A stretch of DNA of 61,838 nucleotides, the filler included, from Circinaria calcarea (taxonomy: Eukaryota): NCBI GenBank assembly GCA_051942165.1. It is 2 parts of 2 records of this genome, joined end to end, with 100 filler letters (N's around TTAATTAATTAA, not from the genome) between each part and the next. Parts side by side here need not be neighbours in the genome. Positions count along the whole stretch, not along the records: positions 1 to 31,086 come from JAVECS010000042.1; 1 more part is not named here. One strand, given 5' to 3'. The notes below the pieces were generated by a model. That model saw nothing but the letters and a program-made list of their open reading frames with translations. It made no database searches and was not told the DNA's origin. The stretch's first letter is position 1. Each line of letters begins with the position of its first letter. Of this stretch, positions 1-10,300 are shown piece by piece. The position numbers and the translations under genes are program-made.

Positions 1-128
1 GTCATACCCCTCCCCTTCTCCCTCTGCCTATGCCTCTCCCTCTATCCATACCTCACGCCAACCAGCAGCCCCCCCGCCCGTTCTCCTGCGTCTGGCACCC
101 GGGGGCACTTTGTACCCGCCGCGCACGT

Positions 129-164
129 AGGAGCAGGAGCAGCAGGAGCAGCAGCAGCAGCAGC
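129..164. repeat. (GCA/GGA) trinucleotide-type low-complexity repeat
   Basis: aggagcaggagcagcaggagcagcagcagcagcagc is visible directly. Confidence 0.8.
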
Positions 165-228
165 GCGGTCGTGTTGAAAGGGTGAACAATGACCGTGCAA
201 CGTTCAAGCCGCACTTGCAACTTGTAAA

Positions 229-275
229 CCGGAGGTAGGACCGGAGGTAGGACTGGATGTAGGACCGGGTGTAGG
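229..275. repeat. 12-bp tandem repeat (CCGGAGGTAGGA-like, about 4 copies)
   Basis: ccggaggtagga ccggaggtagga ctggatgtagga ccgggtgtagg. Confidence 0.8.
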
Positions 276-840
276 CGGTGTTGGGTAGGTTTTCTTTTCT
301 GTTTCTGTTTCTGTTTTGGGGAGGTGGGGTGTGGGGTTTGGGGTTGGGGTTTGGGGTTGGGGGAAGAAAAGGGGGATGGCCTTTTGCGGTGGCTTTTGGT
401 GAGGGATGTAGTCAGGCTGACAGTTTCTGGAGATATTCTGATTCAAGTGGGGTGGGAATAAAGGAATAGTGGTGGAAGAGCTTTTTTTCTTTCTTTCACG
501 GTGTGAACTGGGAGAAAGGAAAAGGTTGAAATGTCTTTTGGCGAGGATTTGGTGTTCAAGGAAAATGGGGTTTCTTTGACGGTGAGACAATACTCTTTCC
601 TTTTCAATGAGCAAAACAATACCGTTGTTCGTATTCTCGGAACTGGGAACAATCAATGCCTTTGTTCCCTACCTTTCCCCTTCTTCCTCCGCTTTTCTTA
701 TAAGAATCCCTTCTCCTCTCCACTGCAGACTCGATCTCTCCATCAAAACACACATTCCTATCAATATCTGACTTACCTTTGGACTGACCAATCACCGACA
801 CACATATTCACAGATCAACTACTCCCACTCACAAGCAGCG

Positions 841-1017
841 ATGTGCCATTTCAACGTCCTCAACCACGCCTGCGGCTGCTTTATCGCCAAAACCCGCGAG
901 CCCTGCGACTATGCCCGGATGGGATACACATGCTACGAGACGACGGAGCATGTCATCCAAGTCCCGCAGCTTTGCGAGAGACATAGGCGGTTTGCGAGTA
1001 CGGTAAGGGGGATGTGA
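841..1017 (+). CDS. Small Cys/His-rich protein (58 aa), below the ORF-track cutoff
   Basis: Hand translation: MCHFNVLNHACGCFIAKTREPCDYARMGYTCYETTEHVIQVPQLCERHRRFASTVRGM*. The MC-x8-CGC start and later Cys/His residues resemble fungal small MC...CGH-type proteins. A CT-rich promoter-like region lies upstream. Confidence 0.5.
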   Translation: MCHFNVLNHACGCFIAKTREPCDYARMGYTCYETTEHVIQVPQLCERHRRFASTVRGM

Positions 1018-1377
1018 GGGAATGAGATGTATGATAGCATGGAAGTGGGGGGGGAAGAGGTAATGTATAAATGAGATGTTTTCAGAGAAAATTAATCGTT
1101 TCGTCGCTATGGTGATGCACCTTCTGATTTGGAAACACTAATTCTAGAGTGGGGGATGGTGAAGAAGAAAAGTGAATAACATGGCCGAGAGTGAAGTCTC
1201 ATCCGAGATGCGGGGCTCACACACCACCGCCATTGTCTCTTATCCCTAAACGCTGTAGTGGCATACGTCGCCCTAGGGTTAGAGTAGTCAAAAGCTCTTG
1301 CACACCATAAGCGAGGCAGTAATTTTAATGTCAGGGAAATAAGCGAACAAGACAATGAAATCAAAGTGTGCATACTC

Positions 1378-1560
1378 CTTATTGCATACTGGTAGTGTCG
1401 GAGTGCTCAGAAATAGGAGGTAGTAGAGAGTTTGTGGTATAGTGATTGGTTAGCTGGAAGGATGTTGAGATTCTAGGGAGAACTCTAGCTATATAGGCGC
1501 CAGTAGGCGCGGCAGTAAGTCGGCAGGCCTGGCGGCAGACCAAAGGATTGTAAATAGTAG
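1378..1560 (-). mobile_element. Degenerate solo-LTR-like repeat, copy A
   Basis: Homologous in inverted orientation to about 4550-4739. Core 1468-1516 matches the reverse complement of 4609-4657 at 41/49 nt. A second matching block is cttattgcatactggtagtgtcggagtgctc versus cttacggtatacctatggtgtgggagtgctc. Contains a TATATAG box. Boundaries are approximate. Confidence 0.55.
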
Positions 1561-1666
1561 ACGAGGTAATCCAGCTTTCAGTATTCTTGTCGCTTTTGCT
1601 CATAAGTTTAATAAGTGAATAGATAATGACTTATCTAAGCCACAGAAGATTAGAATGCCTAAAAGA

Positions 1667-3979
1667 TCATTTCAAATCAAGACCTTTAGCGACTTGGTCC
1701 AATACCCGAGTTTTGAATGTTCGCATAAGCCTGGGCTGTGTACGGTAATCGTCCCACAGATTTTCAAACCCATCTTCGAGGCAAAGAACTACGGCATCTC
1801 GATAACCGGCCCCCATGGTGTGTCCTAGCGACTGTATGGCAATCTTGACTAATGCCTCTTGGATCAGTTCTGGCCTTGGATTCCTCACCTCTTTTACAAT
1901 TCCCTGTAAGTAGCGATGCTCTAATATATTTTGCCAGAGCCCGATTTCTAAAAGCAAAACCCCGTATGCGTATATATCATGCAACGCGTCGTGTCTCTGC
2001 AGAGGGACGCCATGGCGAGAGGGGTGCCTATATACATTCTTTTCAATATCGTCGACCTCAAGACCGTCTGAAATGTCGGTCTCCCTTCGTGAGTACTGAA
2101 AGCCTCCGAGAAAAGGCTTCGAGAAATCCCACGCCTGACTTCCGGTATTCTGGAAGATGAAAATGTTGCGACTACAGATCTCCTCATGTACCCACCCCAC
2201 AGAATGCCACTTTTGAATAGCGCGTCCGATGTCGTGGGCAATCCGAAACCGTTGTCCAAGGGTTGGTCTGACCTTTCTATAAGAAAGGCCAAGTAACTCG
2301 AAGCAGGTGGCATATGGAAGCGAAAGACCAGAGGGAACCTCAAAAACCAGTCCATAGTGGCGCGCGTAGCTGTCATGGAACCAATGTAGGCAATTCAATG
2401 AACAAAACTCTGTAGGCTTCTCGGAGTTCAAGATTTGTGCAAGTTTTTGGATCTTTATTGCGTCGCGGAGCTTTCTAGCCTGGCCGGGAGACTCCTCATA
2501 TGGCTTGTATTCAACAAGGACATCCATCTGCTTCACAGTTCCTATCACAGTCTTCTCGCCTTCAGGAGTTGATCCTTGGTGTCCATAAACGGACTGTATT
2601 TCCATCGCGTTGATTTCAAGTGAGTTGGAAGCCGATCCAGGGCCTTTGATAAGTCGTACAAGCCGCAGCGGGTTGTTGAGCCCTAGTACTTTGGCTGAAC
2701 TGCTGCAGGCTACATCCTCGAAAGTATCATCAGGCAACGTCACCAACTCGGCTTCCAGTCTGCGGATGACGGAGCTGTTTCGAAGTTCTAGCTCTTGGAC
2801 GAAATGTAGTATCTTCTCTTTTAGCTGTGACACCTTCTCGGGAGAGTTCAGTCCGCCCATTTGGATCCAGATCTGACTGACTTCAGCAAACAGACTGTCG
2901 ACTTCTTGCCAAACATCCAGAATCTCTTGTCTCTGAGCCTTGTCGAATGACTGTACTAATGGAGAAGTGCTGACTGACGAGTCGTGTCCTAGCGTAATCT
3001 GCTGTAGTTGCTCGGTTTGAAGCAACACCTCGTCAACGGCAATCTCCCGTACAAAAGTCGGTGCTTCTACTTTCAGCCACTGTACTAGATCGTGTAAAGA
3101 TCTATCCTGATTGTCTGGGTCTACAGACACGGCTACACGTAACTTTAATTGCGAGATGGCATCCGAAGACTCTGAAACAACCTTGTCTGTGCCAAGGAAA
3201 GGCTTCCAGCGGATAGAACGTCCTTGATGGCCAAGGCTCATATCATCGCGGATAGGTGTCTGCCTTAAGTTTGCTCGTTTGTGTGCTAGGCGATGAGCAA
3301 GGTGCGATGTCATGATTTGATTCATGCTGTCAAGCATCTCATTCATCTCCCTCAGCAGTGCAGTCGTGAATGAAGCGGGACCAGGAGAGGGTGTCTGAAG
3401 TTTCATTGCACATGCCGCAAGCAGCTCGCATTTCCCAGGGTCTTCCCTAACGCGACCTCTTGCAGCCTGAGCACTGTAACAGCAATCCAACAGCAGGAGG
3501 ACATCCGCTTTGCATTTATGGAGGTGAGGCTGAATCTCGTACCAGTCAACAGTTGGACCTCCTCTCAACTGTCTGTCCACATATTAGTGAATTACATCTA
3601 GCCTAAGAAGGGTTTCGGCTCGTTACGCTGCCCAGACAGCCTGCGATTCCCTGTCCATCCCTCTGTCATTGTCTGCGTCTCCATGGCCGCCATAGTGGAT
3701 CACGACCAGATAACCAGGCTTACCTTGGCTTTTGATGAGGTGAATGATTTCCGATAACAGTTCTATATGGCTATTTTCGGAAGGTATAGGATATACGGCT
3801 GTATCGAAACCCATAGAGGCAAAAAACTGAATTACTTTATCGGATTCGTCCTTGTATCCGGCGTCGTCTGCATATTGCCAGTAAAGCGACAGCAAAGATC
3901 CACCAATATAATCATTGCTATTTTCGAAATCGTGATTCAGCTCATTTATAAGTCTTGTTTTCCACAATTGAGGATCCAT
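1667..3979 (-). CDS. Caspase-like (peptidase C14 clan) protease fused to a helical linker and a C-terminal kinase-like pseudokinase, 752 aa, 2 exons (3979-3627, 3572-1667)
   Basis: A 54-nt GT-AG intron joins the ORFs in frame. His-Cys dyad motifs IHYGGHG and LLLDCC are present. The C-terminus has WVHEEICSRNI (in place of HRDLKxxN), LGGFQYSR (in place of DFG), YRHP and DIYAYGVLLLEIGLW, like the kinase-like domain found after fungal HeLo domains. Confidence 0.8.
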
Positions 3980-4549
3980 ATTAGATCTATGGCAGAGCGA
4001 TAAGAATGAGTCTCAAAAACCACGCACACGGGTGACAAAAAAACCGATGTGCTGAATAATGCTTTAGCGAAAGATCTTTACGGAGTAGGGGTCCATCCAT
4101 TGTTATGTATCGCTACTCGAAGTGGCCCCGAGTGACTCTCCTTGTAATTAAAACCAAGCATACTCATTGGCACCCACCAACTCCGCAGCACCCTCAACTT
4201 CGCAAACTTATACTAGAAATACCTCAGGGTGTATACATTATGCGCCTACGGAGTTGTGGGTGGGTGTAAATAAGTCTCCGGAAATTCCGTAGTATGTAAA
4301 TATAGGCGTTTTTACGATTGGATAATAATACCATTTACCAGATACACCTGAACGGACTTCTTAGAAGTTAAGCAGACCAAAGCATATTTTAGATCTAATC
4401 GTGTAATAAGCTGCAGACAGCGTACCCTTAACGATTATATTAAACGGCGAACTATCAAGAGCCACGGAAGGAACCTGACCTGCCCTGGAAGGTTCGTATC
4501 AAAATCTGACGTTCGATAAAAGATTACAAAGAGCAACGAACCATCATAT

Positions 4550-4739
4550 TGTAAGGAGAAAAGGTGTACCGCTTCGTAGGGCTAGTAGCCTTTCTGGCCT
4601 ACAGGCCAACTGCTACGCCTGCTGGCGCCTATATAGCACGAGCTCTCCTTAGGATCTGAATAATCATCTATACAGTCGATCAATCATTCCACTGCACCTA
4701 AGCCTCTAGAGCACTCCCACACCATAGGTATACCGTAAG
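4550..4739 (+). mobile_element. Degenerate solo-LTR-like repeat, copy B
   Basis: Starts TGTAAG, then a GC-rich ggcctacaggcc motif, a TATATAG box and an AATAA element. About 190 bp, and the inverted homolog of copy A. Confidence 0.55.
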
Positions 4740-4805
4740 TGCGCCTGGCGCCTGGCTCATGTTTGACCATTTCCCTTATAGTGTGATATCCTTGCCTGCT
4801 ACGGC

Positions 4806-5012
4806 TCAGGCGGCCATGAGCTGTTCTTCTGGCACGGCATTTCCGTCATTGACTTTGTTTTCATTACTATCGCACAGCATATACTGCTCCATATCGATGA
4901 CTTTTGCAATAGTATAAGGGCCCGTAACACCGCGGCTTCCGGGAGCAGCCCAATAGACACTGTCTCCAACACGGTATGTGCTAGCCTTCCATACGTAGTC
5001 CATGAGCGTCAC
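4806..5012 (-). CDS. Small beta-rich (SH3/Tudor-like) domain exon; 5' exons unresolved (candidate splice signals up to about 5190)
   Basis: YRVGDSVY...GPYTIAKV...YMLCD...VPEEQL resembles small SH3-like barrels. Upstream GTAGGC and GTCAGT donors and YAG acceptors exist, but I could not build a fully consistent model. Confidence 0.45.
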   Translation of the reverse strand: MTLMDYVWKASTYRVGDSVYWAAPGSRGVTGPYTIAKVIDMEQYMLCDSNENKVNDGNAVPEEQLMAA

Positions 5013-5875
5013 CTATCATATACGTCAGGTTGAATACTGACTTTCTTCTTGTTGATGCGTGGACGCCCTCCGATCTCTTGTTGGGGGCCTCCTTGATTGC
5101 TAGAAGCAACCACAAAGTCAGCCCGGTTGATAACGTTCCTTTGCGCGGCAGGCTATGAGAATGCTCCGCCTACCTTTGCCTTTCCATGGTCCGTTGTCTG
5201 AAATCCGGTTCGCCTATTTGGATGGCTCGAAAAGGTGGCGTTGTGGTTAGGCCTAGTTGCAATCGCAGGAATCTATTAAGGTAGGCGTAAGAGGCGGGGT
5301 AATAGCGGTCCGATTTGGGAAGCCTCTCGGTGTAACCATAAAGGGTTCCCATAAACAAGGGGGTGGAATTGAAAGTATTATTAAAAGTGATTAAATCTGT
5401 ATTAATATTAGTTATTGCTTTGGAAAAATATATTGAGTACGCTAGATTCCGAGAGCCTTAAGCGTTTCTACAAGTATATAATAACCTTAGATCTTGGTCC
5501 AATCGATTAGTTAGTCCAGCTTTCAAATCAAATTGTCTACGAGTGAAATATTCGGGCATCGGAGTTATTTTGCTCCGGGTCCAAATAGGTCTCGGTACTT
5601 GGCAGTCCGTGAGCTAGAACTTTCTTGTGTAGGTCCTTACTGGTAAAGAAACACCTTCTGCTAATCTTAATAGGGACCTCCTATCGCAAGTACCTTACTA
5701 TATAATTGTTTCTTCCAGTATTAGAATAAAATATCCTTCTCACTATACCAAGTCTTGATCGTGGTATTTATATATCTCTCTCTCTTTATCTATTATCTCG
5801 TATATCAGGAACTCCAAAAGATACCGGATTCCCATATCGGATTGTTATAGAAATTCCCGTTCTGAGCTTTATTCG

Positions 5876-7080
5876 ATGTCTCCAAACTGGGACGAGGTCC
5901 GTGGTAGCGTCTGCTGGTGGTGCAGGTGTCTGACTATTTCCATTCCGGGCTCTTGCTTTGTGTTTGCGGCTCGGAAAGTACGGGAATGGCTTCAACCGCC
6001 GGCTCGACCAAGCTTCACACCACAAGGTACAGTATATATTCGCCCCCCATAAGCAACAGCCTTTTCTTACAAGCAGCACTCCAGTGGAGGATTATCCGTC
6101 CGGCTACCCTCGTCTCTCTGCACTTGTCGGGGCACACCCGTCGTTCTTTGTGTGCCGTCGGTTCTCGACCCTGCGTGCTCGTCTCCTACTACAAAAGCAA
6201 GATCGAGTAGCCAAACTCGAGCATCGACTGCAGCACATCGATGAGGAAGAGCTGCATCCGCTCTTTCTTGGCAGTCTGAGAAGAGACAGGAATCAGGATA
6301 GAGATAGTGTGTTAGCCGATATAGATATAGCTTTGCAAGATTATGGTGAGGCAGTTACATAAATTTATACAGGGCTGAAAATTATAGAGTTTAGAAACGC
6401 TGATAAGATCTTTAAGATAGGTATCTGGAAAGACTTGATCATATCTTCGGTCTCAAGGCCGCAAGACCACGTGATGTCTCCAATCTGCGGAACTGGTTGG
6501 ATTACACGGGATGTGTTGCTCGTGACGAGACTGGGTTTTTAACAGTCGAAAAGGACTTGATTAGTCCCATTAGAGTAGAAGATGGTGCTTTAACGCCTTT
6601 CCAGGAGCTGATAGAGGATGTCGTGATTAGTATTCGGCCTCTTCAGCGTTTTGTGAGTCTGTATCCAAACTACTATTGCCTTTGTCTAACCAATCTACGT
6701 TCATTCAGCTCCGCTACAGCAATGTTTCTCGAGATCCCGATGTTAATATACTGCCTGTCGCCGTGGTAGGGTCCCTCGCGCATTTAATTGCTGTAGGACT
6801 CGTTATGATACTGCTCTTGGTTCCCGTTATTATTATTAATGCTCTAAACAGCATGACAGCCAAAATGGTTACTATAATTATGTCCTGCGCAATCTTTATT
6901 ATGTGTCTTCCGAGTTTCATACGAGCCAACATTAAGGAGACAGTTGTCGCTGGAACAACGTAGGTCTCCCTATATGCGGCCATAGCCCGTCTTAAAATCT
7001 GAGCTTCTTGACTTACGTTCTACAGCTATGCCACCGTCCTAGTCGTTTTCATCGCTGGCAACGGAATCGCCCCGATCTAG
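5876..7080 (+). CDS. DUF6594-family protein with C-terminal transmembrane helices (about 5 exons)
   Basis: The VEDYPSGYPRLSAL...FVCRRFSTLRARLLLQKQD motif, hydrophobic C-terminal segments and terminal TTYATVLVVFI are characteristic of fungal DUF6594. Introns lie at about 6027-6084, 6346-6415, 6653-6708 and 6960-7025. Confidence 0.75.
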
Positions 7081-7331
7081 TTCAATCATCAGAGCAATGA
7101 CTAGGACGAACTATTTCTACGTGTCCGCTATACTGTCTTTTCAACATGTTCTCTACGATCTAGTGGAGCTCTAAGTGTGTTGTCGTAGGGTGGGCGCCAA
7201 GAAGACACCCTGATAGACATGCGGAAGTACGAAAGTGGTGTTTAACTAGTATTTAACATTGAGCTTTATATCTTTCACTGGTCAAACTCATATAGAAGCT
7301 TCCACATGTCGTAATAAGGCTGCTCTTCTGA

Positions 7332-10300
7332 TTAATACAGATTTCCCCAGTCCTCGAGCTCTACGATCTCTGCGTCGAATTGGCGCGGCCTTGCTATACG
7401 GGAATCCTCTCCGGGTGGACTTTGGGACTTGCCCCCTCGTTCAATTATGAGTTCCACGATATCCATAATTGCGAAGTATTTTTCTCCTGTTCTGAATCAG
7501 TCACCTTGTAAATACAGCTATGTCCTCAACGTACTGTTGTAAATCGATGTATCACCGCCCACTAGAATGCGCCTTTGTTAGATAAGCTTACTGTGGAGCA
7601 CTTTGACTAACCAGTCTCCTTCGAAAGGATTTCCCCAGCCCAGAATAGTTCATTAAAGCTGTCCGGACTCCTATTCTTACTGTGGCCTCGATGCCTTGGC
7701 GGTTCTCCTTGCGGTGCGTGTGTGCTCCAGCGCTCTAAGCCAATGCGGCGCAACAGTTCGGCTTTATGCAGAGCGTAATCAAGGATAGAGAGACCGTTCT
7801 TAGAAAGGATTTGCAAATCAATGGTTGGTCGTAATAGGAACTTGACAGTCTCGAGATGGGCGTTCAAGATTGCCACCGTCAAGATATTAGTACCTCTATC
7901 TCTCGCCAAAATGCCGGGTTCGTCCCCATAGAGCTTTGTGATAAGATCGTCATGGCTTACGGCTTCTGTTCAGTTGAAAAGCCTTTTAATAATTCTCAAA
8001 CAAAGGCGGTCGCCGAGCGTATTGTTTCTGCAAGTGGTCCATATTAGATCACCTATATCCTCTTTGTCCAGCTTCACAGCCCCGTGGTAATTAAGCAGGA
8101 ATTCAAAACGGAGCTCAACGTCCTTCCCTTCTGTTACTCTGCGGTTTATTGTAGATTTTAAGAGACTATTACCGTGGTCATTCCTGTGAGTCACATATTT
8201 GCACAGAGGATTTCCGAGCAGGATTTCCATTGCGCGCTTGAAATAATCGAAGGAGGGGTTAGATACCGCATGGTGGAATACATTTTCACCTAGATAATCT
8301 GTCTCGTGAGTTTGGGGCGAAAGATCCATTAGCAGACCAAAGACGGGCTCCCAGGTTCCTGGATATATGAGCTTTTCTCCGGCTAAAGACGCCCAACGAT
8401 GGATTGGTAATCCCTCCAGATCATCACATAAAGATGCGTCCGCTCCAGCTTTCAATAATGCTATGGTTACTCCACCGTCTTTAGATTCGATAGCATCTAA
8501 TAAAGGCGTATTGCCGTTCTGACGTGGGCCCCTTCGGGCGTTGATGTTGCCACCAGCAGCCACTACTAGATTGACGCACTTAGAAACAAGCTCGATATGC
8601 GTAACTTGTCCGCCGTGATTACACCACCAATAAAGGCACTTGGGAAGCCTTAATTTTCGATTCAGAAAGCTTCCTGCGAGCATATGCAAAGGGTTGAGGC
8701 CATGGCCATCAACGCGATTTGGATTGGCTCCACGCTGGAGCAAGAAACTTACCACTTCCGCGTCTCCTCGATACATTGCCATACCTAGAGAAGTATGTGC
8801 TTCATCGTCTGACTCTGAGTCTAATTCATCCACATCAACACCAGCTTGAAGCAAAGCTTCCATCGCTGGGAGAGATCTCGTGAAGCAAGCCCAGTGAAAA
8901 GGTGAGCCGATAGGCCAATGGAACGGGAAATGCTCGAACAGAATGTGTTGCCAATATGTCCCTTGTCTTGCATTTCTCGTTCTAGCGCTGAGATATGCGG
9001 ATCTCGATTGTAACATTTGGACAACTGCTTCGATGGAGCCCTCATCGAACATGAATAACCAGTGAAGGCATGATATGTGAGCCACTGCCGTCGTTATGGA
9101 CGCATCTGCATTAAGCTCGACCAAAACCTTGAGGGTCTCGAAGTTGCCTGCTCTGGCAGCTTTGTAAAGGGCTGTCTGTCCTTCGCAATCCACTTCGTCT
9201 ATGCTGAATGGATTGGCAAGTCTAAGAATGTCGGCTACAGTGCCGTATATCGCCGCTTCATGAAGTTGCATTACCGCTGTACTGCCTTGGACAGTAGACG
9301 GGCGTGGCGAAATCCCAATTGGCGATATCGATCCATTAAAGCCTCCACATTTACGAAACGCTCCCCAAGCCTGCTCCTCCAAAGAGTGTGACATTTCGCG
9401 AAGTTGCCACAAAGCTGTAAATGAGCCACTAGCCGCAGCCTCAAGGAGCCAGACCCTTCCTTGATGCAGCTTTTCCGTCGAGGATAGACTTGATGCTGAG
9501 CCGCATGCTCTGGAGATCTGGTTGAGGAGGCCCTTCGCCGCCAAACACGAGGCTTGCGCAGCAGCTCGCATATATTTCAAGGTGTCTCCTTGGTAACCAT
9601 CCCTTTTCGCAGAAGCGGTGCAAATTGATAGACCGAATAGAGACGCACTTGAAAAGCTAGTACTATCCACATCATACTCCCTATGCAGCTGAGAGAGCAA
9701 TGCGCTATCCATACTTCTCCAAAACTCGAACCAGGATCTTAGCGCAGGATTTGATGGATCAGGGTCACGCTCAAGCAACTTCTTGCCATTTGCCCTGTAA
9801 GAGAATTTAGGCAAATAAACCAAAGGTAAGCCAAAGGCCAAAATGGAGCAACTTACCAATTCCTGTACGTCTCACTATCGTCGCAGAGCAACTCTGGATT
9901 TACATCTGGCCGCAAATTAGGCTTATGAGCAAGAAGCTGGGAAACTCGTAAACGTAGCACCGTTGCAAGTGGCTGAGCTATCAACGTATCGTCTTTCCAG
10001 TCTTTTGTGCTATCAGGTACAAATGGCTGCTGTCCGTTTCGTAAAAAGACAGAGAATACAAGCAAACCATAAACATAACAATCACACTTGAAGAAAAGCT
10101 GTTGAGGCATTACTTTACTCCATCTCGTCTTAGTTTCGTAGACTTCTGGGGGTTTCCAGCCTTGAGTACCAGTATACATACTATATGTCATTGATGTCGA
10201 GTTTGGCAGGCTTAGTTCAATAAAAGCACCAAAGTCCGCCAATTTTGCTATAAATGGGACACGTGGATTCGCAGATTCCGTTACAAGGATATTATCAGGT

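Noticed and set aside
229..275. Short direct repeats as a possible CRISPR array
   Set aside because: They are tandem 12-mers without spacers in a eukaryotic genome, and there are no cas genes.
318..363. G4T2/G4T3-like run resembling a telomeric repeat
   Set aside because: Irregular, short and not the fungal TTAGGG. Treated as low-complexity (potential G-quadruplex) sequence with no further support.
204..986. ORFs 204..656, 278..469 and 531..986
   Set aside because: They are products of low-complexity, purine/pyrimidine-skewed sequence, mostly with non-ATG starts and no domain signal.
5390..5790. AT/TA-rich stretch that might be a RIP-destroyed gene upstream of DUF6594
   Set aside because: Hand translation gave multiple stops and no recognisable motif, so I cannot support a call.
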